Part shown: piece after piece, positions 1-10,930 of the stretch
Numbering within the stretch: position 1 is the first letter of the stretch
Layout: the number at the start of each line of letters is the position of its first letter
NCBI RefSeq assembly: GCF_001194135.2
Contig: NC_068985.1
Location: forward strand, 89,544,382-89,582,703
Origin: Octopus bimaculoides
Taxonomy: Eukaryota
Length of the DNA: 38,322 nt
Reading direction: 5' to 3'
Made by a program: the position numbers and the translations under genes
Notes under the pieces: model-generated
The model's database searches: none
The model's input: the letters and a program-made list of their open reading frames with translations, nothing else
What the model was told of the DNA's origin: nothing

Positions 1-73
<73 letters not shown>

Positions 74-152
74 TAAAGAGAGAGAGATAGTAAGAAAGAG
101 AGAGAGAGAGAGAGAGATGGATAGATAGATAGATAGATAGATATAGATAGAA
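1..152. repeat. Compound microsatellite (TA)n-(GA)n-(GATA)n
   Basis: Directly visible tandem di- and tetranucleotide runs at the window start. Confidence 0.97.
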
Positions 153-641
153 TAACAATATAAAATAAAACTATAATTAATGATATAGAAGAGACAATGT
201 ATATGCTGAAAATAGACGCTAAATCATCAAACTACGTAAAATCATTTCTTTAATAGAACACACGTGCTAAAACCGAGAGAGTAGGCTAACAGACGTTCAT
301 AAAGTAATACAGGTAGCCTTAGATTGCTCAATTTCTGGATTAGTCTAATGACTTTTTCTCATCTTCAAAGCGTACTAATGAAAATTGATCAATCCAATGC
401 TCACCATTATTCTATGACTTTCTGACAGCCTAGTCCCTCGATTTCAAAACGTGTGTATTGTTAAATTGATGATTTTCGTAGTTTGGTGATTTAGCGTCTA
501 TTTTCAGCATAGGCATGGTCTTTTCTATGCCATTAATTATAATTGTATTTTATTCTATTGTAAATCTCTATATATGAATGTACCTTAATAGGCCTATTTT
601 ATATGCACGCCACTGATAAGATTTTTAACGATTTTATCCTG

Positions 642-642
<1 letters not shown>

Positions 643-689
<47 letters not shown>

Positions 690-706
690 TATTGTTGTTG
701 TTGTTT
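643..706. repeat. (ATT)n/(GTT)n microsatellite
   Basis: Directly visible. Confidence 0.95.
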
Positions 707-858
707 TCATTGTATACGGAGAGGTACAGAACAGTTCCTGGTTTCGTGTAAAGGATAATAAAGGAGGGCCAATTAATTATTATTCTTTTCAACATATACC
801 CTTCTCAGATGCACATGTTTATTACAGCGCTCTTTCAATTTTTCTAAACGTTTTAAAA

Positions 859-930
859 CTTTGGTTCCCAAACTAGTGTTCGCGTACCCCTGGGGCTTCG
901 CGAAGCAGTTTTAGGAGATACGCAAAGGGA
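859..930 (+). mobile_element. Probable solo terminus of a hAT-like DNA transposon/MITE
   Basis: CTTTGGTTCCCAAACT..GTTCGCGTACCCCTGGGG..TTCGCGAAG resembles the CAGTGGTTCCCAAACT-type hAT (Charlie-like) end with a subterminal palindrome, from recalled consensus. No partner end or TSD found. Confidence 0.4.
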
Positions 931-1106
931 TTGCCAATTTTCAGATTTATAATGTTCAAAACCCTAGGGTTTTCCGATATTAGCTACAACTAGAACCATT
1001 GAACATGCATGCACTACCGGTAACCCCTAATTTACGTCGTAAAAAAGAAACTTGCAGATATAATGCATCTGAGGCGACGTGCGCGTACTTGAACGCAGGT
1101 GTCTGT

Positions 1107-1149
1107 CTGCAGCTTTATCTATCACTGCAGCTTTATCTATCACTGCAGC
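1107..1149 (+). repeat. 18-bp tandem duplication (CTGCAGCTTTATCTATCA x2 + CTGCAGC)
   Basis: Exact copies at 1107-1124 and 1125-1142, partial third copy at 1143-1149. Confidence 0.95.
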
Positions 1150-1498
1150 GGTAACAGCTCCGAATATAACCCTGCCCAAACTATACTCCTCCAGACCAAC
1201 AGGCCAGAATATACCGCTCTCCATAGTATACCGCATGTTTACGGACAAATAACGAGTCTTGGCAATGACATACAGTTCAGGTGCGCTGCGCAGCTTGCGC
1301 AAGTCGTCTACTTTTTTTCCAATCTACCTATACATTGGGTTTATATTGGTACGTTGAATATTTGGATTTCATCACTTTAAATTGCATTGTTTAAATCGAA
1401 ATTTACATGTAACTTTTAATTCTTCATCGATTGATATTAAATATTATATATGTCTTGGGGCAACGCTTAAAAGTGTGGCACATATGTGCTATTTGTCT

Positions 1499-1665
1499 CC
1501 AGGAGTGGCTGTGTGGTAAGAAGATTGCTTCCTAATCGCATTGTTTCAGGTCCAGTTCCAATGCGTGACATCGAGTGCAAATGTCTTCTACTATAGCCTC
1601 GGGTCTACCAAAGATATGTGAGTGAATTTGGTGCTTTAAAACTGAAAGATGCCAGTCTCATCTAT
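1499..1665 (+). mobile_element. tRNA-derived SINE, family A (octopus OR/OK-type), 5' half
   Basis: Head AGGAGTGGCTGTGTGGTAAGAAG..GGTCCAGTTCCA and body GTCTTCTACTATAGCCTCGGG..CCAAAG..GTGAGTG.ATTTGG..AAACTGAAAG, shared with copies at ~9000, ~14030 and ~28535. Confidence 0.85.
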
Positions 1666-1799
1666 AAATGTATATATATAAAACAGATCTTGTTATTAAG
1701 AAATTAAGAGTCTGTCCCGTTCTCATTTCGTCCTGATCGGTATTACCTGAAAGTGTTGTTCACTGTTTTTCTTTCACTAGCATTAACGGTAGACAGACA

Positions 1800-2738
1800 G
1801 GCATAACTACAGGGTTTTACTCCCCAGATTTTGGGAGGTCATAACTTTCAGTAAAATGAATATTTTTTAATGAAATGTTTTATGCATATTGTATTTACTA
1901 TGTAGAATCCGAATATACAAAAGTTTCCGGTGAAAGTGTTTTGGAATGGGGGTGGGGGACAATTTTCGGAAATTCCAACAGTGTCCACTTAAATTCTTCT
2001 TAACTTCCAGGAAAAATTAATATTTTTTCGTGAAATTTTCTACAAATATGCCTTGATGTATGTACATTCTGAGCATATAGGAATTTTGAAGGAAACAATT
2101 TCAGGTTATTTTTGAGAAGTGTTCCCCTCTCGGTGGTGTTTCGGAGCAAGTCGTCCATAATTGTTTATTATGTGCGTATGTGCATCCGTAGATTTCTAAT
2201 GAAGTAATACGCTGCTTCTGTTCTCTTATACTTCTCTACTAGAAACGCTTACTTTGGAATTTACTTCTATTGAGGAAAAAAAATCGTGTGCATGTTATTT
2301 TGAACGAATGTTTTCTTATGACGGCTTCTCTTTTCTGCTTATTACTTCATTACAAATCTACGGATGCACATACGCACATAATAGAGACAAATGAAACAAA
2401 TATGGACGACTTACTCCGAAACACCACCGAATGGGGAACGCTTCTCAAAAATAACCTGCAGTAGTTTCCTTAAAAATTTTTACATGTTCGAAATGTACAT
2501 ACATCGAGGTATATTTGTAGAAAACTTCACGAAAAAATATTAATTTTCCTGGAAGTTAAGAAGAATTTAAGTGGACTCTGTTGGAATTTCCGAAAATTGT
2601 CTTCCACACCCATTCCAAAACACTTTTAGATTCGACATAGTAAATACTATATGCATAGAAAATTTCATAAACAAATATTCATTTTTCTGAAAGTTATGAC
2701 CTCCCAAAATCTGTGGGGTAAAACCCTGTAGTTATGCC
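1800..2738. mobile_element. Non-autonomous fold-back DNA transposon (long-TIR MITE; Merlin- or MULE-like)
   Basis: Ends GGCATAACTACAGGGTTTTA... and ...TAAAACCCTGTAGTTATGCC. Inverted arms ~1800-2209 and ~2340-2738 align throughout with substitutions and two indels. Spacer ~130 bp. Perfect 8-bp TSD GACAGACA at 1792-1799 and 2739-2746. Superfamily is an inference from GG ends plus 8-bp TSD. Confidence 0.93.
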
Positions 2739-3431
2739 GACAGACACTCTCTGCAGAAAGTTCCCGAAACACTTTACAATAAAAAATTCCCATTTCATTA
2801 GTGAAATGTTTTGCTTTGTGTATTTATATATGCGGTTGCTTATTTTCTGTATGTATCATTCGTATTTCAATGTGATTGTTAATTAAGAATCACAATTAAT
2901 GTAAAGCAAATATTTCATTAATCACTTCTGCTCTGTCTTTAATCGATTCTAGCTGAGAATTTAATATATCTTGATAATTATCACTTTTTGGATCACTGCT
3001 TAGAGTCTTATTACCAGGTTTCTATTTGACATTAATTTCCTTATTAATATGTCATTTACTCATAATTTCTGCATAGAAATGTTGTGAAAGTCTTAAAAAT
3101 ACGCTCCACAAACTTCCAGATTTAATATTCGTTTATTAAGTTATTTGAAGAAATATTAATGGTTAGATTAAAATATATTCACATTATGGAATTGTCGCAG
3201 AAATAAATGAGAAATGTATCGAGACATTAATGTTGAAGTATACTGTGTACTGTATTTACAAGGAATTAAATAAAATTTCTACTCGGTTCGCCTAATTGTG
3301 TAGCCCGATATCCGAATCACAGTGAAATTTCACGAATATATTACATGGAAAAAGAAACTATACGTAAAGGCATTCTGGTCTAAATAATACTTAATTACAT
3401 ACTTTAAATATATTCGGGCAAAGGGTTAGTT

Positions 3432-3592
3432 GGTTATATCCACCCCAGCGTTTAACCCGTACGTTATTTCATCAATCCTGAAAACAGTAAAATGTATCAG
3501 TTGAATTCGGTGGAATATGAAATCAGTAAAACGGACGAGAGGCCGCGAAGCATTTTACCCGGGTTGCTAACGATTCTGCCAGCTCGCCGTTT
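3432..3592 (-). mobile_element. tRNA-derived SINE, family B
   Basis: GCTAACGATTCTGCCAGCTCGCC terminus plus TTATTTCATCAATCC..GGACGA..GCATTTT body, shared with 30955-31168 and 27150-27335. Confidence 0.8.
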
Positions 3593-4309
3593 TACATACC
3601 TTAAATGCACTGCAACATTTTGTACATCTCATATCAACAGGGACAAGAGGATATTTTACTGATGAATAAAATGCACAATGTGGTCGAAACATAATCTTTG
3701 TCTCATTTCTCTGATTGTCTATCTGCTTTGTAAAGAAAGAAGTATGGAATCATATTATTGGAAGCAAACAGTATTTATAAAACCTTCTGCCATCGTCTGT
3801 TTTAACTATACTGAACGTTAAATTTAAAAAAAAAATAACTGAAATAACATATTCCATATTCCAAATGTATTCTATTACAAGAAATCACTTATCAACAATA
3901 GAACTTCAATTCTCCGTCGCTTCCAGTTACACGTAAATTTATAATTATTTCTTTTTGCTATATCTCAGAATGAAAGTTGAAATATATCTTTCTGCGAGAA
4001 AAAAGTTCGTTTTATATACACTGTTCTTCCGAATACGATGATTTCAAAACTTTAGACTGTTACCAGTTATTCAAAACGTATAAGAACCAGTATGTTTCGC
4101 GTCATCTGAGGAATAAAGATAGAAATAGACATTTATAAAAAGTGTAATGTCAAGAATTATGGCATCATTACAATTATTTCAATATAACATGCATTAGATT
4201 CCTTGATAATTATCAAACAGGACGAAATGAAATCTTTATAAAATAAAGAAAATGTATTTATTACCTCAAAATGAATTAAACAGAGCAAAATCTTCATTTG
4301 TATAACGCT

Positions 4310-4553
4310 ATTATACTCATTCACCACAATTTTGTCTCACTTTTATTCCTGTTTCTGTTGTTCCTGTATTTCAATAAGCCGGCTTTGTCACACTCTGTAT
4401 TACGCTGAATCTCTCCAAGAACTACGTTAAGAGTACACGTGTCTCTGGAATGCTCAGCCACTTGCACGTTAATTTCACGGGCAGGCTGTTCTGCTGATCG
4501 AAACAACTGGAACCCGCATCTTCGTAACTGACGGAATGCCACTATGTGTGTGT
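4310..4553 (+). mobile_element. SINE family C, 5'-truncated copy
   Basis: Long match to the reverse complement of 22293-22480 (CCTGTTTCTGTTGT.CCTGTATTTCAA..GCC.GC.TTGTCACAC..GCTCAGCCACTTGC.CGTTAATTTCA..GCAG.CTG..CGTAAC.GACGGA.TGCC). Confidence 0.88.
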
Positions 4554-4631
4554 GTGTGGGGGGGGGGTGTCTGTGTGTATGAGTATAATCACCATGTTGG
4601 ATCGCTGAACTCAGCATTTTTTCTTTCGTTG

Positions 4632-4772
4632 TCTCTGTTCTTTTTCTCTTATTCCTTCTTGTTGAAGAGCATAGGCTCGAAATGTAAAATACAATTGTAT
4701 ATAACCCGCGTGTCAAGACTCTTGCGATTTGTTCGTACACCCGTCTTCATCTTTTGTTTTTCTATAAATTTG
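4632..4772 (+). repeat. Interspersed ~150-bp repeat next to microsatellites (possibly a Penelope-like terminus)
   Basis: Second copy at 34385-34545 shares TTTTCTCTTATTCC..GTTGAAGA.C.TAGGCTCGAAA..AAA..CGCG.GTCAA..TTTGTT..ACAC..GTCTTCA..TT.TGTTTTTCT.TAAATT. The Penelope assignment is an inference. Confidence 0.75.
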
Positions 4773-4845
4773 AAACAAGCACCCACACACACACACACAT
4801 GTATATATATATACATACATATATATATATATAATNNNNNNNNNN

Positions 4846-4879
<34 letters not shown>

Positions 4880-5756
4880 GCGTGATGCCTAATATAGTAT
4901 TATATGATAAGTGGAACCACGTAAAGGAGTAAGCAAGCGTCTATACATACGGCATGGGATTCGAACAAACATCCAATAATCCTAATATAATTTCAGAGAT
5001 GCTCACTTGAATATGTGAGTCCATATATGTTGACCACTTTGAGGAATGGTACTTGCATGTGTAGATGGATAAGTGTTCCGAAGATGGACACAGTTTATCG
5101 GTGGAATACTGACACTCTATTGATCACAATTAATCCTTTTAAGCTATGAAATATAAATAAGTAAAGTGTTTAGTGTGATGAAAATCTATTTATTTAGGAA
5201 GATAATTATGAATCTAATGTTCAATATTGGAAAACAAAACAAGGTTGTAGTGTTAATGGGAAAAAGGACAGTTTCATTGTTTCACTTCATTTATATATTG
5301 ATTAGATATATTGATTGAGTGCTTTGGTTTTTTTCTTTTCTTATAATTTTTATTTAGTTTTATTCTGTATCGTATTACAAGATATCGATTTCTATATTTC
5401 AGTGCTTTGCTTTAGATTAATTTTATAAATATATCTTTCAAGTAGAGTTAAAAACTATACCGATGGCACTTGGGAATACATTCACGTTATTCTTCTCTTT
5501 CTAGATCTAATTGCTTCTATTCCATCGTCAATTCCCACATTGGCAATATCAGTAACTGACAATAACAAAATAACTATCAGTATTATTCCGTACTCTTAAT
5601 TCTTATTTCGTACTTTAACTGCAACAGTGAGCACATTTGTGCGTTCAAATCTATCTATTTATCTATATGTTCATCTATCTTTCTCTCTCCCTCTCTCACT
5701 CTCTGTATATGTATGTGCGTATAGATATATATATAAGAGTATATATATATATATAT

Positions 5757-6186
5757 NNNNNNNNNNNNNNNNNNNNNNNNNNNNNNNNNNNNNNNNNNNN
5801 NNNNNNNNNNNNNNNNNNNNNNNNNNNNNNNNNNNNNNNNNNNNNNNNNNNNNNNNNNNNNNNNNNNNNNNNNNNNNNNNNNNNNNNNNNNNNNNNNNNN
5901 NNNNNNNNNNNNNNNNNNNNNNNNNNNNNNNNNNNNNNNNNNNNNNNNNNNNNNNNNNNNNNNNNNNNNNNNNNNNNNNNNNNNNNNNNNNNNNNNNNNN
6001 NNNNNNNNNNNNNNNNNNNNNNNNNNNNNNNNNNNNNNNNNNNNNNNNNNNNNNNNNNNNNNNNNNNNNNNNNNNNNNNNNNNNNNNNNNNNNNNNNNNN
6101 NNNNNNNNNNNNNNNNNNNNNNNNNNNNNNNNNNNNNNNNNNNNNNNNNNNNNNNNNNNNNNNNNNNNNNNNNNNNNNNNNNNNNN
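5757..6186. other. Assembly gap (N run) flanked by (TA)n; further gaps at 4836-4845, 17033-17042, 23217-23457, 32507-32654, 35373-35389
   Basis: Directly visible; each gap sits between TA runs. Confidence 0.99.
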
Positions 6187-6227
<41 letters not shown>

Positions 6228-6617
6228 TTAGAAGAAACAATAAAGTTTGTCATTATAGTACTCGGAGTTTCGAATGTCGGAGCGGAGAACTATGATACAT
6301 TCCGTTTTGAATATCTGCGAATTTATCGTTTTTAATAATCTATAAGAAAGGTATTCAGTCTATCTCTGACATCATCTGAGGAAGTAATATCATGTTTTGG
6401 AAAATATAATGTGCATAGAGCCATTAGGTTTTCCTAGTTCATAATATCTTCTTAGCTCATTAATATGCAATTTCATTCTCATCCGTCTATAAAAGATTTT
6501 CAACGCATCTGCTATACATCTATTATCTCCTACTGTGATAACAACAATATTAATATCTAGTAACTTATTTTAAGAATTTGGAAACGACTAATGTAATATG
6601 TATATATTCGTGTGCTA

Positions 6618-6775
6618 CAGCAGCAAGCTGGCAGCATCACTAACACACCCGACGAAATGCCGCTAAGCATCTTGTCCATCTCTTGAATTTCCGCCAAGGT
6701 TGATTTACCTTCTAGTCTTTTCTGGGTCGGTAAAATATATTACCATGTGAGGAGCTGGACTGATGCAATCGATTA
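6618..6775 (+). mobile_element. tRNA-derived SINE, family B
   Basis: GCAAGCTGGCAG..AC..GAAATGC..TAAGCAT..GAATTTCCGCC.AGGT.GA.TT.CCTT...TCTTT..GGGTCG.TAAA; degenerate forward copy of the family B sequence. Confidence 0.75.
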
Positions 6776-8996
6776 GGATACTCCGGTAAAATTTTAGACT
6801 TTATAATAAAGGAGAAAAAAAATGGATATTATCGTTATTGTTTTGCTGTTGCAGTTCTTTGCTACCAAATTTATAACAGTGCCAATTGTCCATAAATTTT
6901 ATGGTACCGCTCTTCATTTAGTTATCGAGAACTCTCGGGAGATCAAAGTAACAGTTTTCGGTAGATCTATAACTTTAAGTTTACGATTATCTCTTGAATG
7001 CAGTTAGTCATCTGGATACAGAGTCACAAACCTCCGAAATATCAACAACATCTATAAGACTTACTTTCTACAAAGACCAGAATATCTTACCTCTCATTTC
7101 AAATCATTATAACTGATTTGTTTCTCTTCTATATCCTATACTCTGTCATGACGATGGCGTACAATATCGGTGAATAAAGGAATATATGTTATCATTCTTG
7201 ACAACCACTATTACGAACTTTCATTGGATCACTAAGTCCTCTCACAATATCTTTATATGGTCATTCACTATCACTCCCTCTGAAGTTTATCAAACCTCCG
7301 TTTTTGCTCTAATCTATGTGCATAAGAAAATGCGTCCTTTTGATTGTATTATATTTTTCGCTGTCTCAATTATGTAAGAATATAAGCAGTGTTATACATT
7401 TCATTGGGTTTGTGCGTATAAATTATCATTCTGATGTTGGCTATATATATCTATGACATTGGTATCCCGTCTGTGTAAACTTTTCTTAAATAACAAAGAC
7501 ATATTTATACACGTCTTACTTTCATGACCGTTCATCTGCTTACTATCATTTCAATATATGATAAATGGAGATTTGGGAATAATTTATTTTATCTTATTTA
7601 AATTTCGTCACGAAACAGATATATGTTTATAGTTAAAATGTATGTTCTGCAAACTTTGAAGTTGTTATTTTTTTCACTTTTTTTCTTAAGTCTTTATTAA
7701 AAACTCGAATTTGCGTATTGCCATCAGCTGTAGCGGTAACTATCTAAAAAATGGGTAAATGTGGCAAGAATGGTAAGAATGAAAGACGACACCATTTTAA
7801 GCATAGACTTGTAACAAAAAGAGACAAAAAGAGAGAAGGTACTTACTTTCATGTACCTTAAAAAAAAAAAGCCTGAGGTGACCGTGGTCTTTTCCGTAGG
7901 CTTTTCTCTCCACGGATAAACCTAATCTGTTCCCCGTTTTTTACATCGACTGTGATACACGATCCCTATTGATCCCAGTTTTTTTTTTTTTCTTCCCGCG
8001 ATCCCTTTTGATCCAAATTATCCCCCCCCCCAAAGCTCTACTTTGTAATTTGTCCATTTTCTGTATTTAGCCCTGTGTGGCTATAATAAAAAGATATCTT
8101 ACAATATAATCTGTAAACTTTATTCCGTATAAGATTGTCTACGCTTGGATGTTCCATATATATCTCCTTTCGAGTTATTACAGCCCATTGTAATTTAGTC
8201 GGTTCCAAAGAGACGTTTGCTTTACGTTCACACCAAGTGTTTTCCGAATGCTTATATCTAAACATATTACATATTCACTAAAATAAGATTGTAGCAACTC
8301 TGTCATGTGTACCGTTCTATAAAACGTCTGTGCAATTATCATTCAGAATCTCCATGTAAAACACTCGTTTCTTCAACATTCTACATGCAGCGACATACAT
8401 GCTTGCATTACTTTTATATATCCTTTCTGACAAATCTCAATCTGATTGCTTAATTTCAAACAGAGAGAATAATGTCATCCGTTTCTTTCTTCAAATCATC
8501 TTCCGTAGGAGCTGAAATTACTTGTCCAATCAGAAACTTTAAGTATCCACCCCACCACCACAAAATGGTGTGTGTATGGGAGAAATTTTTCAGTCCATAT
8601 ATTTGTTTTAAATCCGAGAAATTCATGTGCATCGGTCTTCGAGTAAATTCTTCTTACCAGTCTTAATGTAAAATGTACCCCACCCCCACACACATACACA
8701 AACATACAGACACACACATACAAACACACATGCAAACACACACACAGAAACAAACACACACACACACACACGAACACGCACATACATACACACTCACAAA
8801 CACAATCGCACTCACATAAAGAAACGCATACACACAATGATTTAAACGTATCAGCTCTCTCCTAGTGCTAGCGAACGATGAATCGAGTGGCAACTACATG
8901 ATGAGTGGTAATCACTTTTATGAAAGCAGATATGTCTTTAGAGGCAAACACAGATATACAATTTTATTTGCGAACATACATAATAATTATGAAAAT

Positions 8997-9272
8997 GTTA
9001 AGAAATTTGCTTCCCAACCAGATGGGTTCTGCTTCAGTCCCACTGCATTGTACTTAGGTTAAATATCTTTTACGATAGCCTAGGGCTGACCAAAGTCTTC
9101 GGAGCGCATTTGCAAGACGGAAACTGAAACAAGAAAGTCGCATGTCTATGTGTGGAAGTGGGGTGTGTGTTGCTGTCTGTTTTTATGTCTGTCTCCCATC
9201 ACCAGTTGACCACACGTGTTGATGTGTGTACGTCTCAGTAAGTTAGTGATTCGGCAGAAGTGACTAATTTGA
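8997..9272 (+). mobile_element. SINE family A including 3' segment
   Basis: AAGAAATTTGCTTCCCAACCA..TTCAGTCCCACTGC..ATAGCCT.GGGCTGACCAAAG..AGACGGAAACTGAAA, then GTTGAC.AC.GTGTTG.TGTGT.TACGTC.C.GTAA.TTAG.G.TTCGGCA. Confidence 0.82.
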
Positions 9273-10446
9273 CTAATTTATTTAGAAGGCTCTGCCACAG
9301 CTTGGCAGCAGTCAATCCAATGACTGAAACAAGAAAACGAGGAAAGATAAGTAAGCACATAAATATAAATATCAGCATTATAAAAACGGTGACATATGTA
9401 GAAAAAAAAAACGTAATATGAAAATATGAAGAGAATTTGTATGTGTGTGTGTGCGTATGTAGGTGTATGCATGCATGTATAAGTGTCTATGTATACCTAT
9501 GTGTTTGTGTGAATAAAGAACTTGCGAGAGTGTATTTGAGAGAGTAAGAAATTCGAACGCTGGAATTTAAGGGCGGTCGTCTAAAAACTGTCAAAGACTA
9601 GAAACATTGCATAGTAATGCTCCTGTTTGTCTACGTCCATTGATTACATTTGAAGTGTAAACGCTGCGCAGACAGAAATCGAAATGCTTGTCCGACAAGT
9701 TTATTCTTTACCATTTACTTCATTGATTTCACAAAAACTTCTGACAAAAGGAAGAGGAACTGCATTAAGTCATTATGATACGTTAGGTGAGTTTTGTAAA
9801 ATGGAAAGAGGCATCGGTAAAAAATTTGAATCGCTTAGTTTAAGTGGTTGTAAGAAATCGAAACAAAAGCTTTTAGAATATATTTCATTTTCTATGTTTA
9901 ACAACAGTAAACTAAAAGAGAAATCATACTTTTATCTGCGATAGAATTCTCAATCACTTAAAAAAGCTGAACATTTGTGTTAGATATATAAGTCCCATAT
10001 AAGCTGGTTCCTTTATATAATCGTATGAAATGACAGTAATGGAAATATTATTTGATATAAATTTCATATATACATAGTTGTAATTTTTTCTATAAGTTAT
10101 AAATATTAATTCTCTGCATTTTGCAAATCCTTATGCTTATATAAAGATGCATATTTAAAGAAAATAAGAATCTTCCTTTCAAGTGTCTTTTGCGATAAAC
10201 GAAATTTATCATGGAGTTGTTTTTTGAATAGAAATACAGAGAAAAGTAGTCAAATAAGCAATTTAATTTGCTAAAATAACGTTTATCCAGCTTTACAAAT
10301 ACGGATTATAAATAAAATTTAGCTAAAAAACAAGCACACACATATATCTATAAAGTTAAAGGTGTGTATGTTTATGTGCTATTGTGTGTATTTGTGTTTA
10401 AGAACGCACACACACATATATATATATTTATATACATTGGATTTGA

Positions 10447-10930
10447 TCTAGTCTAGTTTCAGTTCATGAGCTATGGCCATGCTGGGGCACCGACATTTGG
10501 TGTTGCTACATAATTCTTCTTCAATAATTCTTTTTAGAAATTGACCTTTGGTGCATGAGGGCGTTTCAGGCCGCTGCCCTCATCTGCACGTCCTCCGGTA
10601 AAGTTGTCATCTGGGACACTGGAGAGTAAGAGATATAATTTCGTCTTGAAGACACCTGTTCCAATCCATGTTAGTCTCTCAGGTCCTTCGGGAGTATATT
10701 GAAGAGCTGTTGGCTATTAAAGCCCAGGTTGTTGCAATATCTTATCCTATGTCTTGATGACAAATTTGGAGTATTTGGTACTGTGCAGTGGCATTAGTGT
10801 AACTCTCGATGCCAAAGTTTGAGACACGTGCTTCTGGGATCTTCGAGATGTATATTATAGCATATCTTTCCTGCATACGCTTTAAGGAAAAGAGTCTCCT
10901 TTTTGGCAACACGCCATTCCTGGGAAAGAA
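10447..10930 (-). mobile_element. Decayed CR1/L2-group LINE: ORF2 C-terminus plus 3' UTR/tail
   Basis: Minus-strand translation across frameshifts and stops gives RLFSLKRMQERYAIIYISKI..VSNFGIESYTNA / RYCNNLGFNSQQLFNILPKDLRD / GVFKTKLYLLLSSVPDD / VQMRAAA*NALMHQ. This matches the LFSLERRRER..GP.LFN.LP..LR..FK..LD..L..VPD C-terminal pattern of CR1/L2-type ORF2. Confidence 0.85.

Noticed and set aside
3659-3710. CTGATGA...CGAAAC hammerhead-like core
   Set aside because: Helix II closing pair mismatched and helix I cannot form; not a functional hammerhead as written.
4321-4740. Apparently paralogous peptides (DKAGLLKYRNNRNR here; DKAGPLKYRYNRNR at 22281-22478)
   Set aside because: Antisense translations of two SINE-C copies, not genes.
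5627-6335. Long ORFs spanning N-runs (also 23142-23522 and 32415-32822)
   Set aside because: Open only because N codons contain no stop.
9684-9944. 86-aa ORF containing a TTAG|GTGAGT donor, and a minus-strand acceptor near 9742
   Set aside because: No matching acceptor on plus, only a 22-29-nt micro-exon on minus, and no recognisable peptide.
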